NCBI GenBank assembly: GCA_052426225.1 | Contig: JBNJNM010000011.1 | Location: 4,836,001-4,900,000, forward strand | DNA from: Zancudomyces culisetae HAW-14-8 | Lineage: Eukaryota > Fungi > Kickxellomycota | DNA: 64,000 bases | Reading direction: 5' to 3' | Shown: positions 60,665-64,000 of the stretch, piece by piece | Numbering within the stretch: the first letter of the stretch is position 1 | How the letters are laid out: every line of letters begins with the position of its first letter | Translations under genes and position numbers: made by a program | Notes under the pieces: generated by a model | Database searches by the model: none | What the model was told of the DNA's origin: nothing | Seen by the model: the letters and a program-made list of their open reading frames with translations, nothing else

Positions 60665-63392
60665 CTATTTATAAAAATTTTTTGCATCATGTTAGTTACC
60701 ATTAAAGAAGTATAACTTGAAAAGTATATTGTAGTCATATGTAACCACTAATATATTTTGTTTGCTAGGTACATCTCTTTTTCCCCATTTTTTTAATTGT
60801 AATTCGCACTAATACTCGAGTGCGTGAACGTATTTTAAATTTATTAAATACTAACGGTTTTGACTTTTGACTTTTATTTTACCATAGTTTTGTAAAAACT
60901 AGGAATAATATCATAATGTTATCATACACAATACCAATGAAACCTGCATACCAGAAAGTATTGTTTTCAGGGATAGGATGTTTATCAGCTTAGGAATATA
61001 TATTGGTTTACCTTTATGTACTTGTTAATACCAACTCTTCTGGGTATATTATTTTATTACTTTATCTCTTAGTAGAGCAATGCGTAAAAGATATTCTCCT
61101 GTGCTTTTCAAATGAAGATTCTCGGTGTTCTTTTTGTAAGATTTCAGTCTTGATGAGCTTTCTCTAAGAAAATTATTCGGCTATAGGTCGTATAATCCTT
61201 GTTTAAAGTTTGTTGTAAATTTATTCGACTTTTATACTGTTTCCAAGTAGCCGGATGCGTGAAATGTAGTGATATATTAGTGTGTGTCTCACTTTCTTCT
61301 CACTCTTCACATTTATATTTTAGAAGAGTATAGAACATTGATGAAAATAGAAGAAATATATTAAATGGTTTTATGCGTCCTTTTATTGCGTGCGCATATG
61401 AATGTATATGTGTATGCGCGTAATCTTTTTTTCTTGGTCATTAAAGGTCTTGTTCTATTATAGTGTTTGTTGGAAACGGGAAAGATGAAGTATTTTAATA
61501 CTATGTTTGCTCAAGTACCAACACAGTGTATTCTTAGAGCTCGAGTTTAGTAAAACTCCTAAGCGCTATACCAGTAGCCATTTACTGGGCAATTTCCCAA
61601 TTATCTAATATCAGCAATGTACCCCCCATTTCTTTACGTTTTATTAAAATTATATATCATAGCCAAATAGGGTATACTACAACTTATTTTTTTAAATTAC
61701 TATTTGCTATTAATTACAGAGTATATTGGCCCTTTATTACATAGCCAGATTTATTGGAAAGCTTTTTATTGAACTTTGGTATTTTTTTATTAGTATTTTA
61801 TCTCTGGTCCGCAGGGCTTTTCTCTTATTTACCAAGTGAATATTAAATCCAATGCTAATTAAAAGTTAATTAAATCTCAAATTATAAAGCTGTCACTAAA
61901 TAAAATGCAGCGAGCTGATTTATCCCAATGACCAAAGGAAAAAACCATCCATTAAAACAAAGTGCCGTACTATTAACCACAAAAGGTGTGGTTCATTTTT
62001 TTGCATATCCCGGAGAAAGTGGTTGCCTTTTTTTATTCAATTCATTATTACTAGCTCCTGGCATTACCTTCAATTACTTTGCAGTTAAGATGGATACTAC
62101 CACTGCACACAAACATCCAGACTTTAATAGCCATGCCCCCAATTAAAATGGATTGAGCCTCAGTTAATTTTGGCTTTTGTGAATAAAGTACTAAGAACCT
62201 ATCTTTACTTTAATTTCACCACATGCAATTCGTTTACCAAAATTCCCCAGGTTAATTTTGATGTTTTACTTTAATTTTTGCATATTAAATACTAGACGAT
62301 GCTTAAAAGCCTAGGCCAAAATTGACAAAACTACATGTTGCATTTAGCGGGACGTATAGAATAAAAGGATATTCAAAGAAGTTGCACCATAGAAGTGACT
62401 TTTCCGTTTATTCTTATGAAAAAAGAAATGGAAAAATGATTGATACAGGGGACAGGTAATATTTAATTATACCCCAGCCAAAGATAATTTGATATCTAGA
62501 TTAGTAGAAGTCAACTGGTTTAGTATTCATGGCCCGATATACTGTGCGTACACTGTATACTTTTTTCGCAGCGATGCGGTGTGTCAATGGTTCGTATGCG
62601 AGGAAGTTTTTCTATAATTGATAACACAATGAATATGACTATTGATGTCTAGTAACTCAAGAAAAAGGTTTCTCATGACTCTGAGATGCAGTTTTCTCCC
62701 TCTTACGCTTTCACTGAAGTGGGAGCTAGAAAAGCTAATTGTTGTTTTTATGTACTTTTTGGTATTGGTTAAGTCCAATTTAAAGTTTTTTAATAAACTG
62801 CGACAGTTTACCAAAAAAAAAAAAAAAGAAAGGCCGAAAATAACCTACCTTGGGTTAGTTTAAGAGGAATACTTTTTTTATCAGAGGAATTTGAGAGTGT
62901 AGAGGGAGATTTAAGGTGAGAGTGGGGATGGGGTGGAGAAACGACAGTATTTTCAAGAATTAATAACAATAACAAAAAACTACACAGAATATCAAGTGAA
63001 TGGCAGCAAAGCGACAAAAAAAGGTTATAATTTGCAAAGCAGATAATGCTGTATATCTTTTTAGTCCATTTGCTAGAGCCTATTATTTTTATCATTCGTT
63101 TAGCAGTTCTGGAATTTTCTAGGTTGTATCCAATTGATCATTGGTCATTTACGTTTCTCGTTGGTGATATTGTTACAAAATTATGGTGTTATGTTTTCAT
63201 TATCAAATTGAACAGCAAATAGAAAAAAAATTTTGATTGTTGATAATACTAAAAAATAAAACTAGAAATTAAGCATTTGATAACAATTTAGAAAAAAAAA
63301 GTTTTCTGAAAAATTATACTATTCGAAAAAAATTATTACCTCTTAATTTAAGCAAACTTGTTGCCGCTGAGTTGTAATAATCAAATAAAACA

Positions 63393-64000
63393 ATGTTCAG
63401 ATTACCAGTAGCTAGAGTATCAAACTTGGCTCTCAAGGGAGCCGCAGCCCGCGGAATGGCTTCTAGTGCAGGAGCACCAGTAATTACACAGATCGAGACC
63501 AGATGGGGATCAATGCCAGAACCCGAAAAAGTCGAATTGTCAAAGAAGCTTTCTGAGGTTATGAAGGCCGATTGGACCAAAGTTTCAGCCGAAGATAAGA
63601 AAGCAGGTAAGCGCTCTTTCTTTCTGTTTTTATTGACTTTTTATATATCACATTTTCGTGGAATTAACATTAATGTCAAGATTACATTTTTGATATTGTT
63701 TAGCATACTACATCGATTTTGGTCCTCATGGATACCGCAAGCCAATCTCAAAAAAGGGAGATGGAATGAAGGTGCTCACATATGTTGCAGCTACAGTTGC
63801 TCTTAGTTTGACAGTTTCTTACACCATCCGAAAGATTGGTAAGTTTTACCTCTATCCCAATTTTTTTAACTTTTTCTTTCTCTGTGTTGAGAAAAAAGCA
63901 AAGATGCTAGATACAAAATACTAAATCCTGTTTTTTTCTAAACACCTAGCCGATCCAAAGGAACGCACAATGAACAAAGAATGGCAAGAAAAGTCAAACG
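63393..64000 (+). CDS. COX5: Cytochrome c oxidase subunit IV family (fungal Cox5); exons 63393-63606, 63704-63838, 63950 to window end (truncated)
   Basis: Mitochondrial presequence; IETRW..M, MKADW..VS..DKKAAYYIDFGPHG.R, a TM segment and RTMNKEWQEKSN after splicing two GT-AG introns. Confidence 0.95.

Noticed and set aside
62860-63030. Purine-rich frame with an in-frame TGA at 62917 (possible selenoprotein)
   Set aside because: No ATG-led gene model, no redox motif around the TGA and no convincing SECIS; the minus-strand GT-AG candidate also gives no open frame

Overview
AT-rich eukaryotic DNA with few, short GT-AG introns (CTAAC/TTAAC-type branch points). Gene content (PMT, PPZ1, TIM54, KIN1-type kinase, fungal COX5, plus DHCR7, eIF3k, SPATA5L1-like and DONSON-like genes) fits an early-diverging fungus; an insect-gut Harpellales/Kickxellomycotina origin is plausible but is inference only. 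About 21 protein-coding genes are supported, several only after manual splicing (STN1, AFG2B-like, eIF3k, DONSON-like, DHCR7, TDA10-like, MFS, COX5). Main points of interest: (i) lineage-specific secreted proteins, namely a tandem pair of cationic, Kex2-processed beta/gamma-crystallin-fold peptides, a probably GPI-anchored protein with three pacifastin-like Cys modules, a large PATT-repeat mucin and an S/T/Q-rich protein; (ii) a hidden three-exon OB-only STN1 and a highly diverged DONSON; (iii) two convergent gene pairs with overlapping coding sequences; (iv) kb-scale strand purine/G skew that flips inside ORFs; (v) a 9-kb gene-free region upstream of a C2H2 factor with a TGA(C/G)TCA cluster. 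No rRNA, tRNA, CRISPR or recognisable transposon was found.
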